Below, piece by piece: positions 1 through 11,528 of a stretch of 64,000 nt of DNA; positions within the stretch are counted from its first letter, which is position 1; the number at the start of each line of letters is the position of its first letter. Made by a program: the position numbers and the translations under genes. Source of the DNA: an uncultured Hoeflea sp. GTDB taxonomy: Bacteria; Pseudomonadota; Alphaproteobacteria; Rhizobiales; Rhizobiaceae. The DNA lies in the NCBI RefSeq assembly GCF_963975635.1, contig NZ_CAXBIE010000014.1; one strand, given 5' to 3'. The notes beneath the pieces were generated by a model. That model did no database searches, was not told the origin of the DNA, and saw only the letters and a list, made by a program, of their open reading frames with translations.

Positions 1-1
1 T

Positions 2-1330
2 CCCGGTTTCCAGATGGTGGAAGCCATCGATCTTCCCGGTTCGATGTTCTCCTATGCGATGGGCGTTGACGGCATTTCGATGCTGTTCGTCATTCTGACA
101 ACCTTCCTGATGCCGCTGTGCATTCTGGCAAGCTGGAATTCGATCGAGACCCGCGTGCGGGAATACATGATCGCCTTCCTGGTGCTCGAGACGATGATGA
201 TCGGCGTGTTCTGCGCGCTCGACATCGTGCTGTTCTATGTCTTCTTCGAGGCCGGCCTGATTCCGATGTTCATCATCATCGGCGTGTGGGGCGGCAAGCG
301 CCGCGTCTATGCCAGCTTCAAGTTCTTCCTTTACACGCTCGCCGGTTCGGTGCTGATGCTGCTGGCCATTATGGCGATGTACTGGGATGCGGGAACCACC
401 GACATAAGGGCACTGCTTGCGCATAACTTCCCCGCATCGATGCAGACCTGGCTGTGGCTGGCGTTCTTTGCCTCCTTCGCGGTGAAGATGCCGATGTGGC
501 CGGTTCACACTTGGTTGCCCGACGCCCACGTTGAGGCGCCGACCGCAGGCTCGGTGATTCTGGCCGGCATTCTGCTGAAGCTCGGTGGCTACGGCTTCCT
601 GCGTTTCTCGCTGCCGATGTTCCCGCTGGCGTCAGCCGATTTTGCCCCGTTCATTTTCGTGCTGTCAGTTGTTGCTATTGTCTACACCTCGCTGGTGGCG
701 CTGGTGCAGGAAGACATCAAGAAGCTGATCGCCTATTCGTCGGTGGCGCATATGGGTTTTGTGACCATGGGCATCTTTGCTGCCAACCAGCAGGGTGTGC
801 AGGGCGCGATCTTCCAGATGCTCAGCCACGGTCTGGTGTCGGGCGCCTTGTTCCTGTGCGTGGGCGTTGTCTATGACCGTCTGCATACGCGAGAGATCGC
901 GGCCTATGGCGGACTGGTCAACAACATGCCGAAATATGCCGTGGCGTTCATGATCTTCACCATGGCCAATGTCGGTCTTCCCGGCACATCCGGCTTTGTC
1001 GGTGAATTCCTGACGCTGATGGGTGTGTTCCAGGTCAATACCTGGGTTGCGCTGTTTGCCACCACCGGCGTGATCCTGTCGGCGGGCTATGCGCTGTGGC
1101 TCTATCGCCGCGTCGTCTTCGGCGCGCTGGAGAAAGAAAGCCTCAAGGCAATGCTAGACCTGTCGGGCCGCGAGAAGGCGATCCTGTATCCGCTGATTGC
1201 GCTGACAATCCTCTTTGGTGTCTATCCGGCGCCGATCTTTGATGTGACGGCAGCTTCGGTTGACGCACTGATCAACAACTACACGGCTTCGCTGCAGGCA
1301 GCGCGCGATCTCGCGCTGTCGGTTAACTGA
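2..1330 (+). CDS. nuoM: NADH-quinone oxidoreductase subunit M (5' end outside window)
   Basis: Hydrophobic multi-TM protein with [23 protein letters not shown] and [17 protein letters not shown] motifs; upstream of nuoN; frame open to window edge. Confidence 0.97.
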   Translation, partial: PGFQMVEAIDLPGSMFSYAMGVDGISMLFVILTTFLMPLCILASWNSIETRVREYMIAFLVLETMMIGVFCALDIVLFYVFFEAGLIPMFIIIGVWGGKRRVYASFKFFLYTLAGSVLMLLAIMAMYWDAGTTDIRALLAHNFPASMQTWLWLAFFASFAVKMPMWPVHTWLPDAHVEAPTAGSVILAGILLKLGGYGFLRFSLPMFPLASADFAPFIFVLSVVAIVYTSLVALVQEDIKKLIAYSSVAHMGFVTMGIFAANQQGVQGAIFQMLSHGLVSGALFLCVGVVYDRLHTREIAAYGGLVNNMPKYAVAFMIFTMANVGLPGTSGFVGEFLTLMGVFQVNTWVALFATTGVILSAGYALWLYRRVVFGALEKESLKAMLDLSGREKAILYPLIALTILFGVYPAPIFDVTAASVDALINNYTASLQAARDLALSVN

Positions 1331-1350
1331 GCTACGGAGACTGCGGGACC

Positions 1351-2793
1351 ATGACGCCAGAAATTCTCTCTACCAGCCTACAGCTTTCCGTGCCTGAGCT
1401 CATGCTGGCCGTGGGCGCGATGGCGCTCCTGATGGTCGGCGTGTTCTCCGGCGAGAAGTCGGTGACACTGGTCAACGGATTGGCGGTTGCGCTGCTGATC
1501 ATGGCTGGTCTGGTGCTGGTGCTGGTGACAGGCAATGGCGAGGCCTATAACGGCGCATTCCTGTCCGATCCCTTTGCCCGGTTCATGAAGGTGCTGGCGC
1601 TGATCGGGGCGATTACCGCCATGGTGATGACAGTCGGTCATGCCAAGGCTGAGCGGATCGACAAGTTCGAACTTCCTGTGCTGTTCGTTCTGGCAACGCT
1701 CGGCATGATGCTGATGATCTCGGCCAACGACATGATCGCGCTCTATATGGGCCTCGAGCTGCAGTCGCTGGCGTTGTATGTGGTCGCGGCCATCAACCGT
1801 GATAGCCAGCGTTCCACCGAAGCAGGCCTTAAATATTTCGTGCTGGGCGCCTTGTCATCGGGCATGCTGCTTTACGGTGCATCGCTGGTCTATGGTTATA
1901 CCGGCCACACCGGCTTTGATGAAATTGCCACAGCCATTGCCGGCAGCGAGCGCTCGCTCGGCCTGATCTTCGGACTGGTGTTCCTGCTTGCCGGTGTTGC
2001 ATTCAAGATTTCGGCGGTTCCGTTCCACATGTGGACGCCGGACGTCTATGAAGGCGCGCCGACCCCGGTTACCGCGTTTTTTGCCGCAGCCCCCAAGGTT
2101 GCCGCCATGGCGCTGTTTGTCCGCATTGTCATTGTCGCCTTCGAGCCGGTGACGCTCGACTGGCAGCAGATCGTGGTGTTCATTTCGATCGGCTCCATGG
2201 TGCTTGGCGCTTTTGCGGCGATTGGCCAGAAGAACATCAAGCGGCTGATGGCCTATTCCTCGATTGCCCATATGGGATTTGCCTTGGTCGGTCTTGCGGC
2301 CGGGAGTCAGGCCGGTGTGCGTGGCGTCATCCTCTACATGCTGATCTACATGGTCATGACGCTGGGCACATTCGCCTGCATTCTCGCCATGCGGCGCAAG
2401 GAAGACGGCAATGTCGAACAGATCGACGATCTCGCAGGCCTGTCCTCGACCAATCCGTTCATGGCCTTGATGCTGACCATCCTGATGTTCTCGCTGGCCG
2501 GCATTCCGCCGCTGGCAGGCTTCTTCGGAAAGTATTTCGTCTTCGTCGCGGCGATCGAAGCCAAGCTTTACGGCCTTGCCATCATCGGCGTGCTGGCTTC
2601 GGTGGTGGGTGCCTATTACTACTTGCGGATCGTCAAGATCATGTGGTTTGACGAGCCCAACGGTTCGTTTGCCCCGGTGGCTGGCGAGTTGAAGCTGGTG
2701 TTCGGGATTTCCGGCCTGTTCGTGCTGTTTTATGTGCTGGTCTCCAATCCGCTGGGCCTTGCTGCAGATGTTGCCGCGAAGACGTTCTTCTAG
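1351..2793 (+). CDS. nuoN: NADH-quinone oxidoreductase subunit N
   Basis: [44 protein letters not shown] motifs; last nuo gene. Confidence 0.97.
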   Translation: MTPEILSTSLQLSVPELMLAVGAMALLMVGVFSGEKSVTLVNGLAVALLIMAGLVLVLVTGNGEAYNGAFLSDPFARFMKVLALIGAITAMVMTVGHAKAERIDKFELPVLFVLATLGMMLMISANDMIALYMGLELQSLALYVVAAINRDSQRSTEAGLKYFVLGALSSGMLLYGASLVYGYTGHTGFDEIATAIAGSERSLGLIFGLVFLLAGVAFKISAVPFHMWTPDVYEGAPTPVTAFFAAAPKVAAMALFVRIVIVAFEPVTLDWQQIVVFISIGSMVLGAFAAIGQKNIKRLMAYSSIAHMGFALVGLAAGSQAGVRGVILYMLIYMVMTLGTFACILAMRRKEDGNVEQIDDLAGLSSTNPFMALMLTILMFSLAGIPPLAGFFGKYFVFVAAIEAKLYGLAIIGVLASVVGAYYYLRIVKIMWFDEPNGSFAPVAGELKLVFGISGLFVLFYVLVSNPLGLAADVAAKTFF

Positions 2794-2810
2794 ATGCTGC
2801 GACGGGCTGC

Positions 2811-3554
2811 ATGAGAAGACCGGAATTCCGGCATATCGAGCTGGGGGATGTGTCCTCCACCAATGCGGAATGCATGGAGCGGGCGCGGGCAGGTGATGCG
2901 GGCGGTTTGTGGATCACCGCGACACGCCAGACCGGAGGGCGCGGCCGCAGGGGCCGAACCTGGGTGTCCGAGCCGGGCAACCTCTACTCCTCGTTGCTGC
3001 TGATTGATCCAGGCCCGCAGCAGGCGCTTGCCAGCCTTCCCCTGGCGGTTACCGTTGCTGTGTACGAGGCCCTGGCCTCGGTGTTGCCCGTTGAGGCGCG
3101 TGGCGCGCTCAAGATCAAATGGCCCAATGATCTGCTGATCGATGGTCACAAGACCTCCGGTATCCTGATCGAGGCTGAGCAGCTTGCTGACGGCCGCAGG
3201 GCGGTTGTCATTGGATGTGGCATCAACGTGGCCCACCGGCCCGATACCGGGCTTTATCCGTCCACATGCCTGGCAGACCAGGGCAGCGCGACAACACCGC
3301 AGGATCTGTTTGCGCGGCTTGTTGTCTCGATGGACGAAGTGCTCAATGACTGGGATCAGGGGCGCGGTCTTGCGCGTATCCGCAGTGCCTGGATCGAGCG
3401 TGCAGAGGGTATCGGAAAACCGGTGACAGTGAATTTGCCAGACCGCCAAATCCATGGTCTGTTTGATGGAATAGACGATGAAGGCAGGCTGATGCTTGCA
3501 ATGCCGGATGGCGGGACACAGATGATCGCATCGGGCGATGTGTTTTTTGCCTGA
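2811..3554 (+). CDS. birA: biotin--[acetyl-CoA-carboxylase] ligase
   Basis: STN, QTGGRGRRGRTW, IKWPND, KTSGILIE motifs; no N-terminal HTH; usual nuoN-birA-rnj synteny. Confidence 0.95.
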   Translation: MRRPEFRHIELGDVSSTNAECMERARAGDAGGLWITATRQTGGRGRRGRTWVSEPGNLYSSLLLIDPGPQQALASLPLAVTVAVYEALASVLPVEARGALKIKWPNDLLIDGHKTSGILIEAEQLADGRRAVVIGCGINVAHRPDTGLYPSTCLADQGSATTPQDLFARLVVSMDEVLNDWDQGRGLARIRSAWIERAEGIGKPVTVNLPDRQIHGLFDGIDDEGRLMLAMPDGGTQMIASGDVFFA

Positions 3555-3687
3555 AAACGCATGATTTTCACCTTGATCCGCGCGCGGCTCCAGATGAAAA
3601 CCATGCATTACCTTAAAGTCCTGCTGGGCCTTGAAGCGTTGAATCTGACGCGTGGCGCTGCAGTGAAATGATCAGACAGGATGATTG

Positions 3688-5355
3688 ATGTCAAAAGACC
3701 AGGATCTCGTATTCGTACCACTGGGCGGTGTCGGCGAAATCGGCATGAACCTCGCGCTTTACGGTTACGGGTCGCCGAAGCAGCGCGAATGGATCATGGT
3801 CGATTGCGGCGTGACGTTTCCGGGGCCTGAACTTCCCGGCGTCGATCTGATCCTGCCGGACATTGATTTCGTCAAGAGCCTGGGCAAGCAGCTCAAGGCG
3901 ATCATCATCACCCATGCGCATGAAGACCATTACGGCGGCCTGGCGCAGATCTGGCCGCGGTTGAACGTGCCGGTCTATGCCTCCGCCTTCACGGCCGGAA
4001 TGCTGGAAGCCAAGCGCGCCTATGAGCGGACCCGCGCCGAAGTGCCGATCACATTGTTCAAGGCGGGCGAGCGCTTTACCGTCGGTCCGTTCGAAGTCGA
4101 GCCGGTGGCCGTCAATCATTCCATTCCCGAGCCATTTTCGCTGGCGATCCGGACACCGCTTGGCAACCTCATTCACACAGGTGACTGGAAGATCGACGCG
4201 ACACCATCGCTCGGGCCGCTGACGGACGAACACCGGTTCCGGCAATTGGGCGAGGAGGGGGTCCTCGCGATGATGTGCGATTCCACCAACGCCATGCGCG
4301 AAGGGGTTTCGCCATCCGAGCGGGAAGTCAGCGAGGGTTTGCGTCAAGTCATCGAGAAGGCCGAGGGACGGGTGGCGATCACCACCTTCTCCTCCAATGT
4401 CGGCCGCATCCGTTCTATCGCAGAGGCTGCGCGCGACGCGGGCCGCGAAGTGCTGCTGCTTGGCAGTTCCATCAAGCGGGTGGTCAATGTCGCCACCGAT
4501 TTGGGCATGATGGACGGCATTCCGGAATTTCTGGCCGAAGACGAATATGGCTATATTCCGCGCGACAAGGTGGTTGTCATTCTGACCGGCAGCCAGGGTG
4601 AGCCGCGGGCGGCCCTGGCCAAGCTGTCGCGCGATGAAATGCGCAATGTTGCGCTGACATCCGGTGACACCGTGGTGTTTTCGTCGCGCGCCATCCCGGG
4701 CAATGAAAAGGGCATCATCGATATCAAGAACGGCCTGATCGAGCAGGGCATCAAGATCGTCACCGACAGCGAAGCGCTGGTGCATGTCTCGGGTCACCCG
4801 CGGCGCTCGGAACTGGTCCAGATGTATGAGTGGGTCAAGCCGAAGGTTCTGGTGCCGGTGCATGGCGAAGCCGCGCACCTGACCGCCCAGGCAGCGCTTG
4901 CCCAGGCCTCAGGAATCGCGATCACGCCGCGCGTTCGGAACGGCGACATTCTGCGTCTAGCGCCCGGAACGCCTGAAGTCATCGGCGAAGCCCATCACGG
5001 CCGTATCTTCAAGGATGGCCAGCTGATTGGTGATTACGACGAGATGGGCATCTCCGAACGCCGCAAATTGTCTTTCGCCGGCCATGTGGCGGTCAATGTC
5101 GTGCTGGATCACCGTCTGGAATTTCAGCGTGATCCGGTCGTCTCGGCAATCGGTCTGCCGGCGTTTGATGCCGATGGCGACGATATGGAGGACATTCTCT
5201 ATGATTCCGTGCTTGGCGCGGTCGAGAGCATTCCTCGCGGACGCCGCAAGGATGTCGATGGCGTGCGCGAGGCAATTCGCCGCTCTGTTCGCGCCGCTGC
5301 AAACGAGGTATGGGGCAAGAAGCCTGTGGTGACGGTGTTCGTCAGCAAGGTGTGA
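3688..5355 (+). CDS. rnj: ribonuclease J
   Basis: PLGGVGEIGMN, THAHEDH metallo-beta-lactamase motif, GSQGEP, HVSGH, VPVHGE. Confidence 0.95.
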   Translation: MSKDQDLVFVPLGGVGEIGMNLALYGYGSPKQREWIMVDCGVTFPGPELPGVDLILPDIDFVKSLGKQLKAIIITHAHEDHYGGLAQIWPRLNVPVYASAFTAGMLEAKRAYERTRAEVPITLFKAGERFTVGPFEVEPVAVNHSIPEPFSLAIRTPLGNLIHTGDWKIDATPSLGPLTDEHRFRQLGEEGVLAMMCDSTNAMREGVSPSEREVSEGLRQVIEKAEGRVAITTFSSNVGRIRSIAEAARDAGREVLLLGSSIKRVVNVATDLGMMDGIPEFLAEDEYGYIPRDKVVVILTGSQGEPRAALAKLSRDEMRNVALTSGDTVVFSSRAIPGNEKGIIDIKNGLIEQGIKIVTDSEALVHVSGHPRRSELVQMYEWVKPKVLVPVHGEAAHLTAQAALAQASGIAITPRVRNGDILRLAPGTPEVIGEAHHGRIFKDGQLIGDYDEMGISERRKLSFAGHVAVNVVLDHRLEFQRDPVVSAIGLPAFDADGDDMEDILYDSVLGAVESIPRGRRKDVDGVREAIRRSVRAAANEVWGKKPVVTVFVSKV

Positions 5356-5365
5356 GGAAACGATC

Positions 5366-5770
5366 ATGTTGGGACGGCTGAACCATGTCGCAATCGCGGT
5401 GCCTGATCTTGCCGCGGCAAGCGCGCAGTACCGCACCATGCTGGGCGCAGAGGTCACCGAACCCCAGGTTCTGCCGGAGCACGGGGTGACGGTCGTGTTC
5501 ATCAACCTGCCCAACACCAAGATCGAACTGCTGGAGCCGTTGAGCGAGGCGTCGCCGATTGCCGCGTTTCTTGCCAAGAACCCGTCGGGCGGCATGCATC
5601 ATGTCTGCTACGAGGTCGAGGATATTCTGGCGGCCCGTGACCGGCTCAAGGCAGAAGGTGCGCGGGTGCTCGGTGACGGAGAGCCGAAGCTCGGGGCGCA
5701 CAACAAGCCGGTGCTGTTCTTGCATCCCAAGGACTTCAACGGCACCTTGATCGAACTCGAACAGGTCTAG
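5366..5770 (+). CDS. mce: methylmalonyl-CoA epimerase
   Basis: LNHVAIAV, IELLEP, GGMHHVCYEV, FLHPKDFNGTLIELEQ (VOC fold). Confidence 0.93.
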   Translation: MLGRLNHVAIAVPDLAAASAQYRTMLGAEVTEPQVLPEHGVTVVFINLPNTKIELLEPLSEASPIAAFLAKNPSGGMHHVCYEVEDILAARDRLKAEGARVLGDGEPKLGAHNKPVLFLHPKDFNGTLIELEQV

Positions 5771-5779
5771 GAGGCAACG

Positions 5780-6061
5780 ATGGGATTTGGAACCGGGTTC
5801 GCGATTTACTTCATCATCTGGTGGGTGGTGCTGTTCACCGTGCTGCCGTTCTCGGCGCGCAGTCAGGCGGATGAGGGGGACGTGACATTGGGCACAGCGC
5901 ACAGCGCACCGGCTCATTTCCGCTTCTCCCCGATCTTCTGGCGGACCACACTCATTTCGGCTGTCGTGTTCGGGGCCTATCTTGCTGTGACCGTGTTGGG
6001 CGGGTACTCGCTTGATGACCTGATTGTGTTGTCGCCTGATTTCAAGCCGGCGGCGAACTGA
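5780..6061 (+). CDS. DUF1467 family membrane protein
   Basis: AIYFIIWWVVLFTVLPF N-terminus and position after mce. Confidence 0.8.
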   Translation: MGFGTGFAIYFIIWWVVLFTVLPFSARSQADEGDVTLGTAHSAPAHFRFSPIFWRTTLISAVVFGAYLAVTVLGGYSLDDLIVLSPDFKPAAN

Positions 6062-6137
6062 GCTGCGGTTTCCCGCCGGGTGCCTGTGATCTTGCACTGC
6101 TGCTTTACCGTCAGGCTGCTATTTAACGATACTTCGT

Positions 6138-6162
6138 GGAACTTTGCCGCTTTCGCCTCGTT
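6138..6162 (+). promoter_or_regulatory. EcfG/RpoE2-type general stress response promoter
   Basis: GGAAC-N16-CGTT at 6138-6162, upstream of RBS GGAGG (6188-6192) and ATG 6198. Confidence 0.65.
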
Positions 6163-6197
6163 GGCAAGTGACAATCAAATGATCCACGGAGGTTTTC

Positions 6198-6431
6198 ATG
6201 TCCCGCAACCTGAACAGAACCGAACCATTGTCTGAAGCCGACATTGCCCAGGACAAGATGGGCGACAACTCGCTTCAGGGCAATGACCAGAGCAATGTGC
6301 GGAACCAGCGCCATGCCGTGCCCGGCGTCAGGCAGAAGCCGGATGACGGCGTGGTCGAAAGTCTCGAAAAGATGGACAAGGATGTCCGTGCGGAACGCGA
6401 ACTCGGCAAGGGCGCGCGCAAGCCGGACTAA
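6198..6431 (+). CDS. small hydrophilic hypothetical protein (77 aa), probably stress-induced
   Basis: Good RBS, hydrophilic composition, EcfG-type promoter upstream. Confidence 0.75.
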   Translation: MSRNLNRTEPLSEADIAQDKMGDNSLQGNDQSNVRNQRHAVPGVRQKPDDGVVESLEKMDKDVRAERELGKGARKPD

Positions 6432-6531
6432 TGCATGTCGCGTTCAAATGGATTCATTTGGACGATAACGCACATGCATTATCTCGAAGTGTTACAGCGC
6501 CGCGCATCCCATTGGATGCGCGGCGCTGTAG
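6428..6531 (-). repeat. RIME-like palindromic intergenic element, copy 1
   Basis: Two hairpins (GCATGT...ACATGC; TACAGCGCCGCGCATC...GATGCGCGGCGCTGTA); reverse complement nearly identical to 37280-37387. Confidence 0.85.
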
Positions 6532-6652
6532 GGACTTGTTCGCCGAACCATGCTCCAGACAATTTTCCAGCTTACAGGCGGTCCGTTCACCAACGATGGT
6601 GGCGCGGGCCGTTTTGCATTGATCAGTGCTGCAGTAAAAGCGAAATCTGCCC

Positions 6653-6806
6653 AAAAAAAAACAAGGCATGAAGCCTTGTTATTCAGGTGTCGCGTGATCT
6701 GTTTCCCGGTTGCCCGGGGGCTGCGAACAAAGCGCGCCTGAGATCCTATCCTCCCAAGACTTTGACCGCGAATTGGGCAACTCCCGCTGGGACTTGCCTC
6801 TTTAGT
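6653..6806 (-). ncRNA. probable alpha-r9 (Smr9C-like) small RNA
   Basis: On the minus strand: GTGACA-N17-TAAATA promoter, about 150 nt, ending in hairpin AACAAGGC-TTCAT-GCCTTGTT plus U-run; position upstream of proS matches the recalled alpha-r9 context. Confidence 0.55.
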
Positions 6807-7034
6807 GGGCTTTATTTAGCTCATAGAGAACGGCTTGTCACGCGTTTTGTGACGGTCGTGTTTACTACGAAAGAATTAGTACGGCAGTGTACTGGCGAGA
6901 CCTGTAAGTCGCCGTTGTACGGGTTTTCTTTGTATGGCGAAGCGGATAAGAACGCATGAGTCCTGACCCGCGTCGGGGCAACCCTTTTTTTGCCTGAATC
7001 AGCCTTCACAGCTGAAGCCAAACCGGATCATCTC

Positions 7035-8378
7035 ATGCGTCTGTCCAAATACTTCCTGCCCATCCTCAAGGAAAATCCCAAGGATGCGGAAATCGTCTCC
7101 CACCGCCTGATGGCGCGTGCAGGCATGATCAAGCAGCAGTCCGCCGGGATCTATTCCTGGCTGCCGCTTGGCAAGCGCGTTCTCGACAAGGTTTGCAACA
7201 TTGTCCGCGAGGAGCAGAACCGGGCCGGCGCCATCGAAATCCTGATGCCTACGGTGCAGCCCGCGGATCTTTGGATCGAAAGCGGCCGCTACAATGATTA
7301 CGGCGGCGAGATGCTGCGCATCAGGGACCGGCAGGACCGGGCCATGCTGTACGGGCCGACCAACGAGGAAATGGTCACCGACATTTTCCGCTCCTACGTC
7401 AAATCCTACAAGGATCTGCCGCTTAATCTCTATCACATCCAGTGGAAATTCCGTGATGAGCGCCGCCCCCGTTTCGGCGTCATGCGCGGCCGCGAATTCC
7501 TGATGAAGGATGCCTATTCCTTCGATCTTGACTACGAAGCCTCGAAAGCCGCCTACAACCGGATGTTCGTATCCTACCTCAGGACCTTCGAACGCTGCGG
7601 GCTGAAATCGATCCCGATGCGCGCCGACACCGGGCCGATCGGCGGCGAACTCAGCCATGAGTTCATCGTGCTGGCCGAGACCGGCGAATCCCAGGTGTTC
7701 TGCCATCGCGATTTCGAAAGCTTCGCGGTGCCGTCCGCCGACACGAATTATGACGATGACGCCGCCGTGGCGGCCATTGTCGACAAGTGGACGACGCCGT
7801 TCGCCGCCACCGACGAAATCATGGAAAAGGAAGACTGGGCGCGCCAGGCCTGGGACGGACTTGCCGAAGAATCCCGTGTCTCCGCCCGCGGTATCGAGGT
7901 CGGCCACATCTTCTATTTCGGCACCAAATATTCCGAACCGATGAACGCCGTCGTTCAAGGCTCCGATGGCAAGCAGCACTATGTCTCGATGGGCTCCTAC
8001 GGCATTGGCCCGTCGCGCCTGCTTGGTGCCATTATCGAGGCCTCGCATGACGAGAACGGCATCATCTGGCCACAGGGCGTGGCGCCGTTTGATGTCGGTT
8101 TGATCAATATGAAGCCTGGTGACGCGGCCTGCGACGCGGCCTGCGAGCAGATCGAGACGGCGCTCGAGAATGCCGGTCTCGAGGTGCTGTATGATGACAC
8201 CGACGAGCGCGCCGGTGGAAAATTCGCAAAGGCCGACCTGATCGGCCTGCCTCTGCAGGTGATCGCCGGACCACGCTCGGTGGCCGAGGGCAATGTCGAG
8301 ATCAAGGTACGGGCCACCGGCGAGCGCGAAACCATGTCGATTGAAGCTGCCATCAACCGCCTCGCACAAGCCCGCTAG
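7035..8378 (+). CDS. proS: proline--tRNA ligase
   Basis: MRLSKYFLP start (ORF track extends to 6990), [45 protein letters not shown]. Confidence 0.97.
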   Translation: MRLSKYFLPILKENPKDAEIVSHRLMARAGMIKQQSAGIYSWLPLGKRVLDKVCNIVREEQNRAGAIEILMPTVQPADLWIESGRYNDYGGEMLRIRDRQDRAMLYGPTNEEMVTDIFRSYVKSYKDLPLNLYHIQWKFRDERRPRFGVMRGREFLMKDAYSFDLDYEASKAAYNRMFVSYLRTFERCGLKSIPMRADTGPIGGELSHEFIVLAETGESQVFCHRDFESFAVPSADTNYDDDAAVAAIVDKWTTPFAATDEIMEKEDWARQAWDGLAEESRVSARGIEVGHIFYFGTKYSEPMNAVVQGSDGKQHYVSMGSYGIGPSRLLGAIIEASHDENGIIWPQGVAPFDVGLINMKPGDAACDAACEQIETALENAGLEVLYDDTDERAGGKFAKADLIGLPLQVIAGPRSVAEGNVEIKVRATGERETMSIEAAINRLAQAR

Positions 8379-8405
8379 GCCAAGGGTAGGCCAAAGGATG
8401 TACCT

Positions 8406-9701
8406 ATGACCGATCCGGACAGCACCGCCATCTCCGCCGCGCCCACTGCAAAGCCGTTCTCGGCATTTGAGCGGATGGTGGCCTGGCGCTATCTGCGTTC
8501 GCGCAGGAAAGAGGCCTTCATTTCGGTGATTGCCGGCTTCTCCTTCGTCGGCATCATGCTTGGCGTTGCCACCCTGATCATCGTGATGTCGGTGATGAAC
8601 GGATTTCGCGGTGAACTGATCACCCGGATCCTGGGAATCAACGGCCACATGGTGGTTCAGCCGATCGATCGTCCGCTTGATGACTATGCGGCTCTAGCCG
8701 ATCGCTTCAAGCTGGTGGATGGCGTCGTCAATGCAATCCCGCTGGTTGAGGGCCAGACGCTGGCGTCCGGTGTCGGCGGTGCGGGAACCGGTGCGCTGGT
8801 GCGCGGCATCCGGGCCGAAGACTTCCAGTCGATGAAGATCGTGTCGGAGAATATCCGCTCCGGTGATCTGGTCGGGTTTGCGGCCGGTGAGGGGGTGGCG
8901 ATCGGTTCGCGCATGGCGCAGTCTCTGGGGCTTGCCGCCGGTGACATGATCACCCTGGTGGCGCCTGAGGGCGATGTGACCCCCTTTGGTGTGACACCGC
9001 GGGTCAAGGCCTACCCGGTGTCCGCGATTTTTGAAATCGGCATGTCAGAATATGATTCCTCGATCATCTACATGCCGCTTGAAGAGGCGCAGCTCTATTT
9101 CAACGCCGAGGGTGTGGTTCAGTCGATCGAGCTCTTTGTGGCAAAGCCGGATGACATCGATATCCTGCGGCCGCTGGTTGAAGCTGCAGCCGAACGGCAG
9201 ATCTTCATCACCGACTGGCGGCAACGCAACCAGACGTTTTTCTCCGCCCTGCAGGTTGAACGCAATGTGATGTTCATGATCCTGACGCTGATCATTCTGG
9301 TGGCCGCGCTGAACATCGTCTCCGGCCTGATCATGCTGGTCAAGGACAAGGGCAGGGACATCGCGATCCTGCGCACCATGGGTGCGACCTCCGGATCGGT
9401 GATGCGGATCTTCTTCATGACCGGGGCCGCCATCGGTGTCACAGGCACGATTGCCGGCTTCTTGCTGGGCGTGCTTGTCTGCCTCAATGTCGAGAGCATC
9501 CGCCAGTTCTTCTCCTGGCTGTCGGGCACCACATTGTTCAATCCGGAACTCTATTTCCTGAGCCAGCTGCCGGCCGACATGGATACGGGTGAAACCATTG
9601 TTGTTCTGGTCGTGGCGCTGGGATTGTCCTTCATCGCGACCCTGATTCCCTCCTGGCGGGCCTCGAAACTCGATCCTGTTCAGGCGCTGCGTTATGAGTG
9701 A
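8406..9701 (+). CDS. lolC: lipoprotein-releasing ABC transporter permease LolC/E
   Basis: [58 protein letters not shown]. Confidence 0.93.
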   Translation: MTDPDSTAISAAPTAKPFSAFERMVAWRYLRSRRKEAFISVIAGFSFVGIMLGVATLIIVMSVMNGFRGELITRILGINGHMVVQPIDRPLDDYAALADRFKLVDGVVNAIPLVEGQTLASGVGGAGTGALVRGIRAEDFQSMKIVSENIRSGDLVGFAAGEGVAIGSRMAQSLGLAAGDMITLVAPEGDVTPFGVTPRVKAYPVSAIFEIGMSEYDSSIIYMPLEEAQLYFNAEGVVQSIELFVAKPDDIDILRPLVEAAAERQIFITDWRQRNQTFFSALQVERNVMFMILTLIILVAALNIVSGLIMLVKDKGRDIAILRTMGATSGSVMRIFFMTGAAIGVTGTIAGFLLGVLVCLNVESIRQFFSWLSGTTLFNPELYFLSQLPADMDTGETIVVLVVALGLSFIATLIPSWRASKLDPVQALRYE

Positions 9702-10395
9702 TCCCATGGCCATCAATCCTCATCCTGTTCTGCAGCTGGTCAATGTCAGCCGTCACTTTGTTCAGGGTGAGAACCAGATCTCGATCCTCGATGAGGCGAA
9801 TTTCAGCTTGAAGGCCGGGGAGACCGTTGCGCTGGTGGCGCCATCAGGCAGCGGCAAATCTACGCTTCTGCATCTTGCGGGTCTGCTCGAGCATCCCGAC
9901 GAAGGCGACGTGTTTGTCGATGGCGAGGCCTGTGGAAACCTGCCCGACGACCGCCGCACCGCGATCCGCCGCTCGGAAATCGGCTTTGTCTACCAGTTCC
10001 ACCATCTGCTGCCGGAGTTTTCGGCGCTTGAAAACATCATGATGCCGCAGCTCATTTCGGGCCTGTCGAAACCCGAAGCCAGGGAGCGCGCCGAACAGTT
10101 GCTCGATTACATGCGGATCGGACACCGGGCCGAGCACCGGCCTTCCGAACTCTCCGGCGGCGAGCAGCAGCGCGTGGCGATTGCCCGCGCGGTCGCCAAT
10201 GCGCCGCTGGTGCTGCTGGCGGATGAGCCGACCGGCAATCTCGATCCGGAAACGGCCGGTTATGTGTTCGAGGCGCTCGATGCGCTGGTGCGCCAGTCCG
10301 GCCTGTCGGCCGTGATCGCCACCCACAACCACGATCTCGCCAGCCTGATGAACCGCCGGGTCACACTTGCTGAAGGCAAGGTCGTCGAGTTTTAG
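9694..10395 (+). CDS. lolD: lipoprotein-releasing ABC transporter ATP-binding protein
   Basis: APSGSGKST Walker [11 protein letters not shown] signature, [10 protein letters not shown]; overlaps lolC stop. Confidence 0.95.
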   Translation: MSDPMAINPHPVLQLVNVSRHFVQGENQISILDEANFSLKAGETVALVAPSGSGKSTLLHLAGLLEHPDEGDVFVDGEACGNLPDDRRTAIRRSEIGFVYQFHHLLPEFSALENIMMPQLISGLSKPEARERAEQLLDYMRIGHRAEHRPSELSGGEQQRVAIARAVANAPLVLLADEPTGNLDPETAGYVFEALDALVRQSGLSAVIATHNHDLASLMNRRVTLAEGKVVEF

Positions 10396-10519
10396 TGAGG
10401 TTGGGCCAGGTGATTTGACATCTCCGGACTTGGATTCTGTCCCGGTACTTTGGGGCCTTTGTTGACCTTGGTCCTGGAGGCTGCGGACGGCAGCTCTAGA
10501 GCCCAAAGTGGATGAAATG

Positions 10520-11431
10520 TCATGTCAATCGGGGCTCGACAGCGCGCCAATATCGCCGTGGGGCATCCCCGTATATGCGTTTGAACGCATGTCCAAAAGC
10601 GCTCTCCGAGGAATACCCGACCTCGGAGGCAACGGCGGCAACCGTCAATCCACGGCGCAGCGAGGCTCGCGCCAGTCGCATTCGCCAGCGGAGAAGATAG
10701 TCAAGCGGGGCGATACCGACCAAAAACTTGAAATGTTTCGAGAAAGCGGATCGTGACATTGCCACCGAACCAGCCAACACGTCCAAGCTCCATGGATAGG
10801 CGGGGTCGCCATGCATCAGCCCGATAGCCTTGCCTATACGCGCATCGGCCAGCGCACTGATCCAGCCGAAGTTCTCGCTGCTGTCTTGAGCCAAGGCTGC
10901 CCGAAGAACCTGGACAAGAAGAACATCCACAAGCCGGTCGGTGAGCACGGCTGCGCCGATCTGCGTTCCCCTGATTTCCAAGTCGAGAATATTGAGCGTG
11001 GAACGAACGACGGCTGCAGAGGCATTCCGCGACGGGATCAGCAGAAAACGGGGCAGCGAACCCAATAGCAGTTCAGCATCGGATGCCTCGAAACTGAAGG
11101 TACCGGCGATTAGAACAGTGTCATCGCCACCGTGGTGTGCGACGTCCGATTGCGCCCAGTCGAACGCGGCGATCCCGTCTTGGGGAGGGCTGTGGTCATC
11201 GTTTGCCAGAACGTAACTCGGCGCGTTGGCCAGAAGAAAGCAGTCCCCTGCTGCAAGCTGATGGCGTTGCCCGTCGCTGAAGTCTATCCAGCAATCGCCA
11301 TGCACGACCGCGCCGAACTTGAACGCAGGCTTGGCAGGGAACCGGTATGACCATCGTCCGCTCGCCTCAAACCGCGTGCAACGCGCACCTCGGATGTTGA
11401 GCAGAGAGAACACTTGTGACAGTGGGTCCAT
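10520..11431 (-). CDS. AraC-family transcriptional regulator with N-terminal cupin domain
   Basis: Likely start MDPLSQVFSLL (ORF track starts 11497); C-terminal AraC HTH (MSRSAFSKHF, VGYSSESAFGHAFKR); divergent from SDR. Confidence 0.9.
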   Translation of the reverse strand: MDPLSQVFSLLNIRGARCTRFEASGRWSYRFPAKPAFKFGAVVHGDCWIDFSDGQRHQLAAGDCFLLANAPSYVLANDDHSPPQDGIAAFDWAQSDVAHHGGDDTVLIAGTFSFEASDAELLLGSLPRFLLIPSRNASAAVVRSTLNILDLEIRGTQIGAAVLTDRLVDVLLVQVLRAALAQDSSENFGWISALADARIGKAIGLMHGDPAYPWSLDVLAGSVAMSRSAFSKHFKFLVGIAPLDYLLRWRMRLARASLRRGLTVAAVASEVGYSSESAFGHAFKRIYGDAPRRYWRAVEPRLT

Positions 11432-11528
11432 TGAATTGATCCGATCGCGATGATTTACGATGCGATCCAGCATAGATCGTCTCAAATTGACATGCAAAGA
11501 TCAATCTTCAGAACAGGAAGATCAGATC

